Assembly (NCBI RefSeq): GCF_006345805.1
Contig: NC_043007.1
Span: forward strand, 43,648,001-43,712,000
DNA length: 64,000 bases
Origin: Octopus sinensis
Lineage: Eukaryota
Direction: 5' to 3'
Shown here piece by piece: positions 51,630 through 64,000 of the stretch (position 1 is the stretch's first letter; the number at the start of each line of letters is the position of its first letter). The notes below the pieces were generated by a model. The model made no database searches and was not told where the DNA came from. It was given only the letters and a program-made list of their open reading frames with translations. The position numbers were made by a program, and so were the translations under genes.

Positions 51630-51965
51630 TATTGGTTTCAAATTCTGGCACAAGGCCAGCAATTTCGGAGGAGTGGGCAAGTCAGTTACATCTTACCCAG
51701 TACTCGTCTGGTACTTATTTGATCGACCCCGAAAAGATGAAAGGCAAAACTGACCTCGGTGGGATTTTGGCACAAGGCCAACAATTTCGGGTGGAGAGGA
51801 AAGTCAATTACATCGCTTCCAGTGCTCGTCTGGTACTTATTTTATCGACCCCGAATAGATGAAAGGCAGAGCTGACCTCAGCGGAATTTGAACTCAGAAC
51901 GTATAGCCGGACAAAATAAAGCTAAGCATTTTGCCCCGTGTGATAACGATTTTGCGAGCACGCCA
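51630..51965 (-). mobile_element. SINE family A with a duplicated 3' half
   Basis: tggcacaaggcca...ctcgtctggtacttattt...atcgaccccga appears twice in tandem. Confidence 0.75.
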
Positions 51966-52557
51966 CCATAACAATTGCCTTAATGTTGTTTAAATGTTTC
52001 TCACGCTCAAGATGCTTCTCATATATGGAAACACCTCTAGATATGTCACAGCTACATATTTAAAAAAATGTTTCTAATTTTTCCATCGTCATCTAAAACG
52101 ATTAAAGTTAGGATCATTAAGTCGTTTTCTTGGTAAGTGACATTCACTTGTAACTAATTTTACAATATATTTCTTATATTTCAGATATTTTCTCTTAAAT
52201 TCCTGTCTTTATCCCCACCTTTTAACTAAGCGATTATCATATTTACATGCATGATCATAGTTATAGATACATGTACACACACACGCGTACACATACACAC
52301 ACATACACACACATACACACACATACAAATTATATAACGCTAAGTCTCGTATCAAATTCTTTTTGTTTGTTGGTTCTAATTGACGGATGAGGTGTTATAT
52401 CGCTCTACTATGCACAGTGACAGAAGAACGAAAATGTTAGTTGGATGTAGACAATATAAAGTAACCAATCAGCGTTTTCGGCAGAAATTTTAAGCTATTT
52501 TCAGATTAAAATTACACCAATATGTTGATGGCACTTTTGCATTATTTTGTATTATTA

Positions 52558-52790
52558 AGGCGGTGAGGTGCCAGAATCGTAAGCATGCCAGACAGAATGC
52601 TTAGCGGTATTTATTCTGACTTAACGTTCGGAGTTCAAATTCATTCAGTGTCGACTTTACCTGTCCACCTATCGGGGTCGATAAAATAATTACCAGTTGA
52701 GCACTGGAGTCGATGTAATCGACTGGCACTCCCTCCCCCCGCCTCATCCATAAAATTTAAGACCTTGTGTCAATGGTAGAAATAAATTAT
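52558..52790 (+). mobile_element. SINE family A
   Basis: aggcggtgaggtgccagaatcg...gagttcaaat...ggggtcgataaaataa. Confidence 0.75.
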
Positions 52791-53451
52791 TTCTATTAAC
52801 AAATTTTATGGTTAGAAATTCGTAAACAGAAGATAATGTTTCTTTGTTAGTACAAGTAATCGTTGCAACATATTTTAAATTAATATCTCATTACATATGC
52901 TCTCGAGATCATGTTTATATATGCATTCACAATGATTCCTTTTTCACTTTTATTAAAACTATTGCTGTTATGTGTATCCGTATTCTTTAAGAAATCGGAA
53001 ATAGAAGTTAACTCTTCCTTATAATTAACATTAGAATGTTATCTATCATATGACTGGTAAGTTTGGAAGTAATTTTTGTCATTATAGAAACTACGGCATA
53101 AATACGATTATTCAAATCTAACCTTTATCTTGGTGCTTATATAAAATGATGAAATGAACGCTAATTTCAAAACAAAAAAGCTATTAAATTAAGTCAAAAT
53201 AGATATCTCATCTGTATATTTGCAGTCCCTTAATATTTGATATTCAGTATTTCATCTATTCAATAAGACAATCAATACTTAATTTCATTTTACACTATAT
53301 ATACAATTTATACTATATATTCTATATTCTACATTAATATTATAAGGAATATAAATAAAAAATAAAAAAAACAGAGTAGGAATTCCTTTGAATAATATAT
53401 ATCCCTCTATACACAATCATACAACCCCCTTTATATATATATATATAATAT

Positions 53452-53483
<32 letters not shown>

Positions 53484-56400
53484 GGTTGTTATTTTTCTGA
53501 TCTTTATCAACATAATTGAATTCTATTTCATCGAAAACCTATGTCTCGCAAAATTTGAACTCCTTCAATTACTCCATCAATTACTCTCTCTCCCCATCCC
53601 ACTGTCTCTTTGATTCTTTCCCTCTTTCTCACTGAGTCTTTTTTACTCTTTCTCTTTCTCTCCACACTCTTTCTATACGATTTCAAGCGCAATTGGAGAA
53701 ATGAATCAACTAACCAACATTTTTATCTGTTATTAAAATACAGACGTTTTCATAAAATTCGTTGCTGTTTGTCTCAGAAGTAATTATCTTTAAAGTTTTG
53801 TTATTTTCCTTTTCAAATTAAATCTTTGGAACAGCTTTCATACTTTTTCCCTTAACACAAGAAAAAATATCAAAATGGTATTTTTTTTTCTTGTTGGTTA
53901 GGATTTCATAAGTCGATTGTTCTGTTGTACCTCTTTGCATACATCGTCCACTTTCTGTTTAATATCATATTGCAGAAATCATACGCTTTCTTTTTGTTTG
54001 TTCATTTTCAAAGGTTTCCTTTTCTTTGCTATCTGTCTCGGAATTCTTTACAAATTCAAAAGTTGAAGTAATTATTTGGTTTTAATTAATATCTTTTTTA
54101 ATTTCATATTTGTAGCTGATCTTATATTGTTTACAAGGACACACACACACACACACACAACACACACACCAGCTATCTCTCTTGTTTTCCCTTACAACTC
54201 ACACCTCACTTCGTTCTATATCTCTCATTTATTGTGATCACGCACATGGAAAAAATTCGAGGAAAAGCAGTGGTGCTTGGCCCGTGAGAGAAAAATTAGA
54301 CAAAGAATACGAGAAAGAGAAATCTATAGAACAGCAACATATAATTTAGTCTTTCAAATATACAAGAGAAAAATGAAAGTAAAATTGGTGAACAAGTTCT
54401 CGGCCAGAGAGAAAATGCTTGTCTTTGATTGGAGAGAAAAAGAAGTGCTGTAAAACGACAACGAGAAGCAAAATCATGGCTAGAGACAAAAAGAATAAGA
54501 TTAACTGAAAGAATATTAGATGAAATATAAGAAAACAATACGTCACTCGAAAAATAAAAGAAGAATAACTTTAGGACAACGAGAGAAAGTACGAAAAAGA
54601 TGATTAATTGCTAAAGGTAGATCTAGGGTTCTTGTCGCTTTAAAAATGGTAGAAAATCAGTATCACGGTAACGATATGTAAATATTATCCAAAACAGAAA
54701 AAAGGTTTTAAAAATAGTGTCAACATAAGAGAAAGAAATGTAAATATCATTCAAAATAGAAGAAATGCAAGTGTTCCTAATAACAGAGACATTTGTTTTT
54801 CAAGAGAAAATTTATTGCCTCTTTAATGTGGATCTATGAATACCTATTGCTAACTTTGAAACGCCAAACATTCCCACCAGAGAGTTCCTCAAACCGTAAA
54901 TCTTACATCTGCTGTCATAAGAGTAAAGTCATATCGCTTAACCAAAGAGTAACAGCGCTGTATCACAGTAATATAATGAACAAACCTAGGAATCGCAGTT
55001 ACGAACACTTCCATGACAGCATTAGATCTTACAAGACTGCATTTTTGTTGGAATACAGATATCTGCTGTTCTTGGGCATAGGCATTCTTGACCAAATCTA
55101 CCATTGCACGAGCAATATGTTATCCTACAGGGGGAGAACCCCAGTAATTTACCAAATTTCACATCATTAATTCGGAAATAATTCCACTGATATTAGATTC
55201 TAGAATCTGAATAAAGGCAGATGCATTCCTCAGATCAGAACTTCTTTAGACCAGACCGCCGGAACAAACAATGTTTATATTTTCGTATATAAAATGTTAG
55301 GAAAGGCTGAGTGTTGAAACTCACAGAGACCTGGAAAGTATTATTTTCTAACGCTAGTAGTCAATATATTTAAGAGAGACGGGAACAATGGTCCGAAACT
55401 TCATAAATTTTCAACAGTGGATGAAGTGGTAATGATTAGGTCCATAAGATATTTCATCTCTAAGACTTTAATACACTAATCGTCCCGATTATACTGACCA
55501 AGGAGGAACATATAATGCTTATTCCGGTGAGATTTGAACTCAAATTGTAAGGGGTGCAGTGTGAGAAAATACTGTAAGGTATTCAATGTTTAAGACTTTA
55601 CAGTCTCTCCCACCAACCTGGTCCCCTGGAACATAGTCTCAATTACATTAAAAGTGTTTTTAACAGTGACACAGAGTCACAAATTTTGCGTGGGTGGAAG
55701 GGTATCGTCGTGTAACAATGGAAATTTAACCCTGTTGTAATAAAAGGGGATAGGTATGCGTCAACGGGTGGAAATGATATCTAAATCATTCCAGGAACAA
55801 AAACAAATTAGTAGGAATACAAGATAATTAGTTTTACGCTGCCAGAAGGAAAGAGAGCTCAAAGTTTCAGACGGTGGTCCTTCACCATAAAAATACATGG
55901 ATAAAGTAAAGAAGGATGTTCCGTAGAAACCGAGTAAATCGACGGAAATACTTGAGGGAAGATTGTAAGCGCGCAGCTGACATTGCATCTCTCTCTGGTT
56001 CTCTCTCTCCCTCTCCCTCTCTCTTATAATTTCATTCCACTAAATATATTTGAAACTACAAGTAACACTGGTGCAAATACAGTTATTTGGTAAGATTGCG
56101 TTGTCTCATTTAAAAGTTCACAGAGGAATTAAAGCAAGTTGACTCAGACTACGTAAAAAGAAGTAACTAAATGCTAACTTCTTATATTGACACAGGACCA
56201 TGAATTCGCAGTAATGTCGACTTAATACAACTCAGCACTTAATCAAAATGTATGACATCGAACCAGGTTAAAGATGAAAAGAAATTCGACACAGCAAAAT
56301 TAGAATACAGAACGTGAAGTTTATTTAGCAAAAATAACGCAAAGCACTTTCTACAGCACTCTACTATTTCTGGCAGATTTTTGTTCCCTGAATATTTTCT

Positions 56401-57024
56401 AAAACATAAACAAGACCACCACTTTTTGGGGAGTGGTATGGACGATTATATCAAACCCCAGTATTTAACCTGTACTTTATTTTATCGAATTTAGAAAGAT
56501 GTAAAGCAAAGTGGCGTTGATGGATTTGAACTCAGACAGTAAAGATTCGAAACAAATAACGCAAAGAACTTTTCCTGACGCAGCAAAATTCTGCCAGTTC
56601 ATCACCCTCTCTCCTCATCTTTTCCTTTCATCTCACTCACAACCTTGCCTGTTTCTCCTTATCTCATTACTCCTTTTTTCTTCTTTCTTACACTGTTTTC
56701 CCACGTAGTCCTGCGTTCACGTATGAAGCTTACGTAGTCCTGCGTTCCTTTGGTTGCTGGCAGTTTTCCTTTTAACTTAGAGATGTAGAAATCTGCTGTC
56801 TCCCATTCATTTCTCTCCTTTCAACTTCTCCCTGAAGAAGACCTGTGTTCGTAACGTTGAATTTTCCACTCATCAGGGCAATTTCACTGTACTCTATCGA
56901 TTTTAGTACATAATATAAATTTTGCCGACACAAAAACACTAGCATCATTGGAGTCTGTCTGATCATGTGTGTGTGTGTGAGTGTGTGCACGCGTGCGTGT
57001 GTGTGTGCAAGCGTGCTTACATGC

Positions 57025-57098
<74 letters not shown>

Positions 57099-57397
57099 TG
57101 ATGTACTATAAATTAAGTTAGCTGCTTTTATGTTGAGTTCAAATCCAATCAAATGAACTTTGTCTTTGAACCTTTCAGTGCTGATTAAATAAAACACCAA
57201 TCAAATGCTAAGGTCAATTTAATCAATTAATAGAGGTGTCTATGTCAGACTTCTTCGAGAAAAATGCTACGACCGAGAATAACAAACTAATTTAATCAGT
57301 ACTGCTTGGGTTTCAAGAATGGATGAGGATATAAAACCCGAATGATCACAATATTCCTGCGAGAACTACGGATTATTAGCTTAGAATGACACAATGT

Positions 57398-57540
57398 CCC
57401 TGTCAGTATAGTTGTGTACAATTATGTGCTTTGACTACAGCATTAGATCATCTTAGCTCTTATTTCTAGCAATGTAGGTGTTTATAACACCATAGATACA
57501 TTTAGTGACGATTATAGTTTTCCTTTTTGGTGACACATTT
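57398..57540 (+). repeat. Fragment of the 59438-60125 repeat family
   Basis: tcagtatagttgtgtacaattatgtgctttgactacagcattaga matches 59987-60120. Confidence 0.85.
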
Positions 57541-57609
57541 CAAACAGCTGTCTATATTAATTTTATATATGTGTGAATGTGTGTATGTGTGTGTGCGCAC
57601 GCGCACGTG

Positions 57610-57676
<67 letters not shown>

Positions 57677-57694
57677 ATCTATCTATCTATCTAT

Positions 57695-57992
57695 ATTCTT
57701 TTATTCTTTTACTTGCTTCAATCATTTGATTGCGGCCATGCTGGAGCACCGCCTTTAATGGAGCAAATCAATCTCAGGACTCTGTAAGTCTAGTACTTAT
57801 TCTATCAGCCTCTTTTGCAGACCTGCTAAGTAACGAGGACGTAAACACACCAGCATTGGTTGTCAAGCGATGTTGAGAGGACAAACACAGACACACAAAC
57901 ATATACACACACATACATACATATATATATATATAAATATATACGACGAACTTCTTTCAGTTTCCGTCTACCAAATCCACTCGCAAGGCTTT
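57695..57992 (-). mobile_element. SINE family B (5'-truncated)
   Basis: gcggccatgctggagcaccgcc...tttccgtctaccaaatccactc. Confidence 0.75.
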
Positions 57993-58843
57993 TAAGCAAG
58001 TAACCCTGAATGGGAAGATCTGCAAGCAGATCACTGACTTGTTTTGGAGAATTTGTTGCAATTGCTTCCTCCAGAGTCATATTCCAATGATGATCATATT
58101 CGTCGCTAAAAATCGTTAAAAAAAAATCGCCGAAAATGATCGCAGTAATGAAAAACATAGGAAACCAAAATATCAGGATTGCAGGCTCGGATTCGACCTG
58201 GAATGTTTTTTAATTTACTCATGGAGTCAACCTGATTCCAAAATGGTATGATATGTTGGGCTACGGCCTCTAGGAGTAAAGTTGAAAAAGTGTGACACAC
58301 TGACACACTGACATTCACATTTACTATATTAGATATGTTTAATTTTGAGGAAACTGTATTTCATTTAAAGTGTATGTGTGTGTACGTATACATATGCATA
58401 TATGTATACACACACACACACATATGTATGTATTAAAGAAAGCAAAAAGTAAAACAAAAATGTTGGTTCAGTATGCTGGCCACAGGAATTTCTGTCCAAG
58501 AAAGTTGTGCACCATCTCCATCTTTCTCTCAAATACCCCACCCCCTCTCTCTCTCTTATTATTACTCCCATTACCACCATCAACACTACTACTCTCCCTA
58601 AATTTCTTTGTTTCTCTTTCTCTCCCTCTCTTTTTCTTTGTTTCTTTTTTCTTCCTTCAATCTTTCTTCCTTTCTTTCTCTCTCTCTCACTCTCTCTGCC
58701 TTTGCCACTGCCCTCAACGTCTCTATGTCTACTATAACTCTCACCCCATCACGAGGAAATGTTATTGAATAGTAAGAGAGGGGTCAAAGTGTGACACCCT
58801 AACACTCAGAAATTAGTTTTCCCATTTATATTATATTATATTG

Positions 58844-59412
<569 letters not shown>

Positions 59413-59437
59413 ATGAACAAAATAGTATATATATATA

Positions 59438-60125
59438 ATCGTTACTAAATGTGACTAGGGTGTTATGAACACCTGGATTGCTAGAATTAGGAGCTAGAAT
59501 GCTCTAATGTAGTCAAAGCACATAATTTTATACATATATATACTTACAGGGACTGTAATTCGTCTGAAAAACACCGTTCGAGGATTACTTATACTAGCCA
59601 GTCAGTTTCGGCAATTTTGGCGAATTGCTAATGTGTATATAGAAAATTAATATAGACAGCCGTGTGCAATGTTTCACCAAAAAGGAAAACTATAATCCTC
59701 ACTAAATGTGACTAGTGTGTTATAAACACCTACATTGCTAGAAGTAAGCGCTAAAATGCTCTAATGCTGTAGTCTACTCTCTATATTGATTTTCTGTATA
59801 TTATTAACGATTCACTAAATCATCCATAGATTACTATGATGAAAACGTATATACTGACAGAGAATTAAGTCTGGAATCTACCGAAGTCGAGACAGTCCTT
59901 ACTGATGAAGCAACGGAAATTGCTGAAACTGACCGGTCTGTGTAAGGAATTCTCGAACGGTGTTTTCGGACGATTACAGTCTCTATCAGTATAGTTGTAT
60001 ACAATTATGTGCTTTGACTACAGCATTAGAGCATCTTAGCTCTTATTTCTAGCAATGTGGGTATTTATAACACCCTAGTTACATTTAGTGACGATTGTAG
60101 CTTTCCTTTTTGGTGTAACTTTGCA
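59438..60125. repeat. HHR-bearing repeat in a tandem plus inverted arrangement
   Basis: actaaatgtgactag recurs at about 59444 and 59701; 59915-60120 is its inverted copy. Confidence 0.85.
59896..59948 (+). ncRNA. Type I hammerhead motif with a bulged stem I
   Basis: TCCTTA-CTGATGA-AGCAA-cggaaa-TTGCT-GAAA-CTGacCGG-TC-tgtg-TAAGGA. Confidence 0.65.
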
Positions 60126-60128
60126 AAC

Positions 60129-60202
<74 letters not shown>

Positions 60203-60214
60203 AATAAATGTGCG

Positions 60215-60442
60215 TGTATCTGTGTATCTTTGTGTCTGTGTTTGTTCCCTACCACTGCTTAACAACCGGTGCTGGCTTGTCTACGTCCCCGTAACCTAGT
60301 GGTTCAGCAAAAGAGAACGATCAAATAAGTGTCGTGATTTAAAAAAGTAAGCACGGGGATCGATTCATCGACTAAAAACATTCTCAAAGGCGCTGCCCCA
60401 GCGTGGCTGCAGTCTAATGACTGAAACAAGTGAAAGATAAAA
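60215..60442 (+). mobile_element. SINE family B 3' half
   Basis: tacgtccccgtaacctagtggttcagcaaaagag...gtctaatgactgaaacaag. Confidence 0.7.
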
Positions 60443-60487
60443 GCTATCGAATCGATCGAATAATAAAGAGCTGATAAGCACAGAAGG

Positions 60488-60555
<68 letters not shown>

Positions 60556-63500
60556 ACACAAAGAGTGAGTGAGAGAGACAGAGAGAGAGAAGAGAGAGAG
60601 ACAGCGCCTTTGTGAACCAGGAACTGATGTAAACTGTTTCTACCAATCAGTAAAGTGGACTTCTCGGTATGCGGTATATAATGTTTCTATGTGTAACAGT
60701 AGCAACAACACCGCCTCATTTGTAGGAGCATATGGATGTCAGACAATCTCATTGGCCGACTCTTCTATATTTTATGAGTTTGTAATAAGATAGTGCGGAT
60801 GTTTTCGTCGATATGGTGATGTCTGATAACTATCTCATAATTTACCTTCTTGCATTCCGTGCTTAATTATTTTTAGTCTATCATCTATACTTTCTCAAAT
60901 TGTTTTTACTGTTTTTCTTAAATTAGCAATTCTTATTTCCTGTTTCTCTGTATTAATTCTATCTTTAAGTTGAAAACAAGAAGCAGTTTGTCTTTTATAG
61001 ACTCACACAAAACTTTCCTTCATTTTAAACATGGCATCAGTTTTAATTATTTACGTTGTTAAAATATTCATGTATGCTTGTTTTAAATTTACAGTTCAAA
61101 TTTATATTTCTATTTGTAATTGTATTTGTTTTATTTTCTTTATTTTTATTAAAAGAAATAGCGTTGTTTGAACTTAAAAAACAACAGGAAATCTTTAATA
61201 ATTCCCTGCCAAACTGATAACTATTCTGTTCGAATATTTTACATTGGAAATGACGAGTGATTATGTTGTCGTTGTTGTGTTGTTGTTGCTGTTGTAGTTG
61301 GTAATGGTAATGTTACAGTAATTGTCGTTGTTGGTAGAGGTGGTATTGTTACAGCCGGCAGATGATTGCACCAACAGTTTCTACACATAACGACAACTGT
61401 TCAAATGATACCGTTTCAAATTATGTTTTTTTTTCCAGTTTTATTGCGGGACATACTATTGTACAACCAAGAAGTTACTATTAGTGTATTTATTTTCGAT
61501 GTTGTTGCTGACATTGTTGTTACTACTGCTATATAGAGCCCATATATGTAACTGACTTGAACAAATATGCTGCAAGCCTGTGATTGTACTGAATTTATTC
61601 TGATATCTATTTACTTTTAGTACAAAGTGTTTCAGTTCGGAGTTTATTAATTCTTTGTTGATAGTACACAATATTAGGTGGGGTGTGTGAGAAGACAAGA
61701 ATGACTGCACTAATAATTGTTTGAATTTCCTTATATTTTTGTCCACCTGCATCGTTTATATATACATGTGTACATATAATTGATTTAATGGAACATCTTC
61801 ATGAAACAATGAACATAATAGCTAGGAATCTTTTGTAAAACAACTTGCTAGGTAATACTATGAAAGTAGATCATAGTTATTTAAGATGGAATGAGCAGAA
61901 AGAATTAGAAGAATCAGAATTACTGTATGTAAATAATTCTTGAGTGACTCAACATTATAATCCAAGGCCAGAACCGTTAAGCATGTTAAGTAAGAAAAAG
62001 TAGAAGAGTACAGGAGACCTATTCACTGAACAAAGCAACATAGCTCTGTGTGGAGCACCGGATGAATCTGGTGTGAGGTTGAATTCTCTAGTTTTTTATA
62101 ACCATAAGCAAAAGTTTCAAGAACTTTCTCTCCAGCTATTTGATGAGAGAAACTTGCTCAAATCCTTTGAAGTTAGCCGCATCAGACATAACAAATTAGC
62201 AAACGCTGATTGGTCGAACTATATTCACGGAGGCGTCAATGTCTTTTTTGATACCGCATTACATTTTATTCGCGATATGGCAAGGGTTAGCTGGAAAAAA
62301 TCTTAGATCGATGGTTTAAAACTCAGCAAGAGTCTCGTTACTATATCTTGAGTCAATGGTTGTTAAGTATTTAACCGCAATCACAGTAAGCACCGTTGAG
62401 GGAGTACGAAATATCAGTTATGGCAAATAGTCACTATTCTAGGTCATACATCTCCCTTACACGAAGTTGAAATGTTAATTGAACTTTGATAGCATCTATT
62501 AAACACTCATACAATCACTTAGTCATCCAGTCATTCTGTCTAGCATTGTCATTCATTCTAAACTGTAAAACGGTGAATCAAGCACTCGGGTCTACTTGAG
62601 ATCCCGTATATCACAAAAGCTAAGCCACTGACCTAGTCAGTCGACTTACTCAGTCCAATCTCACAAAAATGTTGAGCTCTGACTCAGTCACACATTGAAG
62701 TGTAATCCTTCGTTTATACATTACTACATACAAAGGCATTGACCACGCTACTTAGTTACCTAGTTGATACTGGTCTTTTATTCTTACCAAACTGTAGTTC
62801 TGTAGCTCAATTATTCGATCAAGTCTCTCTCATGTCTTACGATACTTATCCACCTAATCGATATAGTTATTGTAGAAAATCTATCGGTACATGTAATTGC
62901 TCCATTGAATTATTAAGTTGAACTTATAGAATTAAAGAGCCCTAGAAATTGTTTTTGTAAACCAATCACAAGCCAAACAGAACTTTCAAACGTTTCAATA
63001 GCTGATAGCAGTAACATACTCAGTAGGTTTCTTGATACGGTGTTGTCAATATACATCGACTGGAAGGAGGTGTTTCCTGGGGGCGAAAACAGTGGTTAAT
63101 ATATTCACGTTAAAATTTGCCGGAACGTATTTAGAATGAATGTGTGCGTCATCCCTTTGGTCTTCACTGTTCATACGCATATAATAATTTTTTGTATACT
63201 TTATCTATTGTATACTAGGTCTTTATTCGTCGCTTACGCTGCCTGTGAAAATATTTGTTTAATCATGCACTTAACTTTTAATATAGACTGTGAAAGTCCC
63301 CTTAGTTACTATGCTGACTACCTACCTATCTTTCACACACATTCTCTCTTAGACACGCACACACACTCTCTCTCTCTCATTCTTTCACCGTATTTCTCTC
63401 TTAACAACAACGTGTTTTTCTTGAAACAAATTTTAATTCTATCACACGCACATAGACACATACACACTTACACACACACAAACATACTCTCATTGAATTT

Positions 63501-63632
63501 GTCTCTCAACAACAAGAAGCTGTCATCATAGTGTAAGTCCTTTTTTAAAGTATGTGTTGCATTGTCTTTATGTAGAAACACACACAACACACACACACAC
63601 ACACACACACAACACACACACACACACACACA

Positions 63633-63673
<41 letters not shown>

Positions 63674-63875
63674 CCCCCCTCTCTTTCTCTCAAACTGTGT
63701 TGCTTTCTCAGCAACATTTTCTCCTCCCCTTCTAAAAATACATTCTGACGTATATTTTGTTTCTTCCCCTTCTTCCTTCTCTCTAATAGATGTGACGGAC
63801 AGACAGACGGAGATCCGCTTCTCATTTATAGTATAAGATAAATGTATGTATATGCATGTATGTGTGTATGCATGT

Positions 63876-63922
<47 letters not shown>

Positions 63923-64000
63923 TGTGTGTGCATGCGTGTGTGTGTGTAGAACTTCAGTTTGTTTGCTTTATAATAATTGAATCGGCCACCAACACTACGA

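Noticed and set aside
54780-55260. Coding-looking segment with overlapping short ORFs
   Set aside because: No motif recognised; may be a decayed transposon; needs BLASTx
56825-56885. Minus-strand CTGATGA...GAAC...GTC
   Set aside because: GAAA incomplete, helix II weak and no stem I partner

Overview
AT-rich, microsatellite-dense eukaryotic DNA with no recognisable host gene. The SINE families and simple-repeat load resemble octopus (cephalopod) genomic DNA, but that assignment is an inference. Most long ORFs in the track come from simple repeats. The real coding remnants are all transposon-derived: Ty3/Gypsy pol fragments and one internally deleted LTR element, three Penelope-like element (PLE) RT/GIY-YIG remnants, a near full-length mellifera-type mariner plus two mariner fragments, and RLE-type LINE 3' ends (R4/Dong-like and CRE-like). 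The main result is a hidden RNA layer. About 15 minimal type I hammerhead ribozyme (HHR) motifs from roughly 9 unrelated-looking repeat families can be folded by eye. They include C3-G8, U3-A8 and G3-C8 core covariants, and most have palindromic (dimer-type) helix III. The best case is a 3 x 479-bp near-identical tandem array (38033-39440) with one HHR per unit, a retrozyme-like arrangement, lying directly upstream of a nearly intact PLE ORF. Coordinates were read by eye and element boundaries are approximate.
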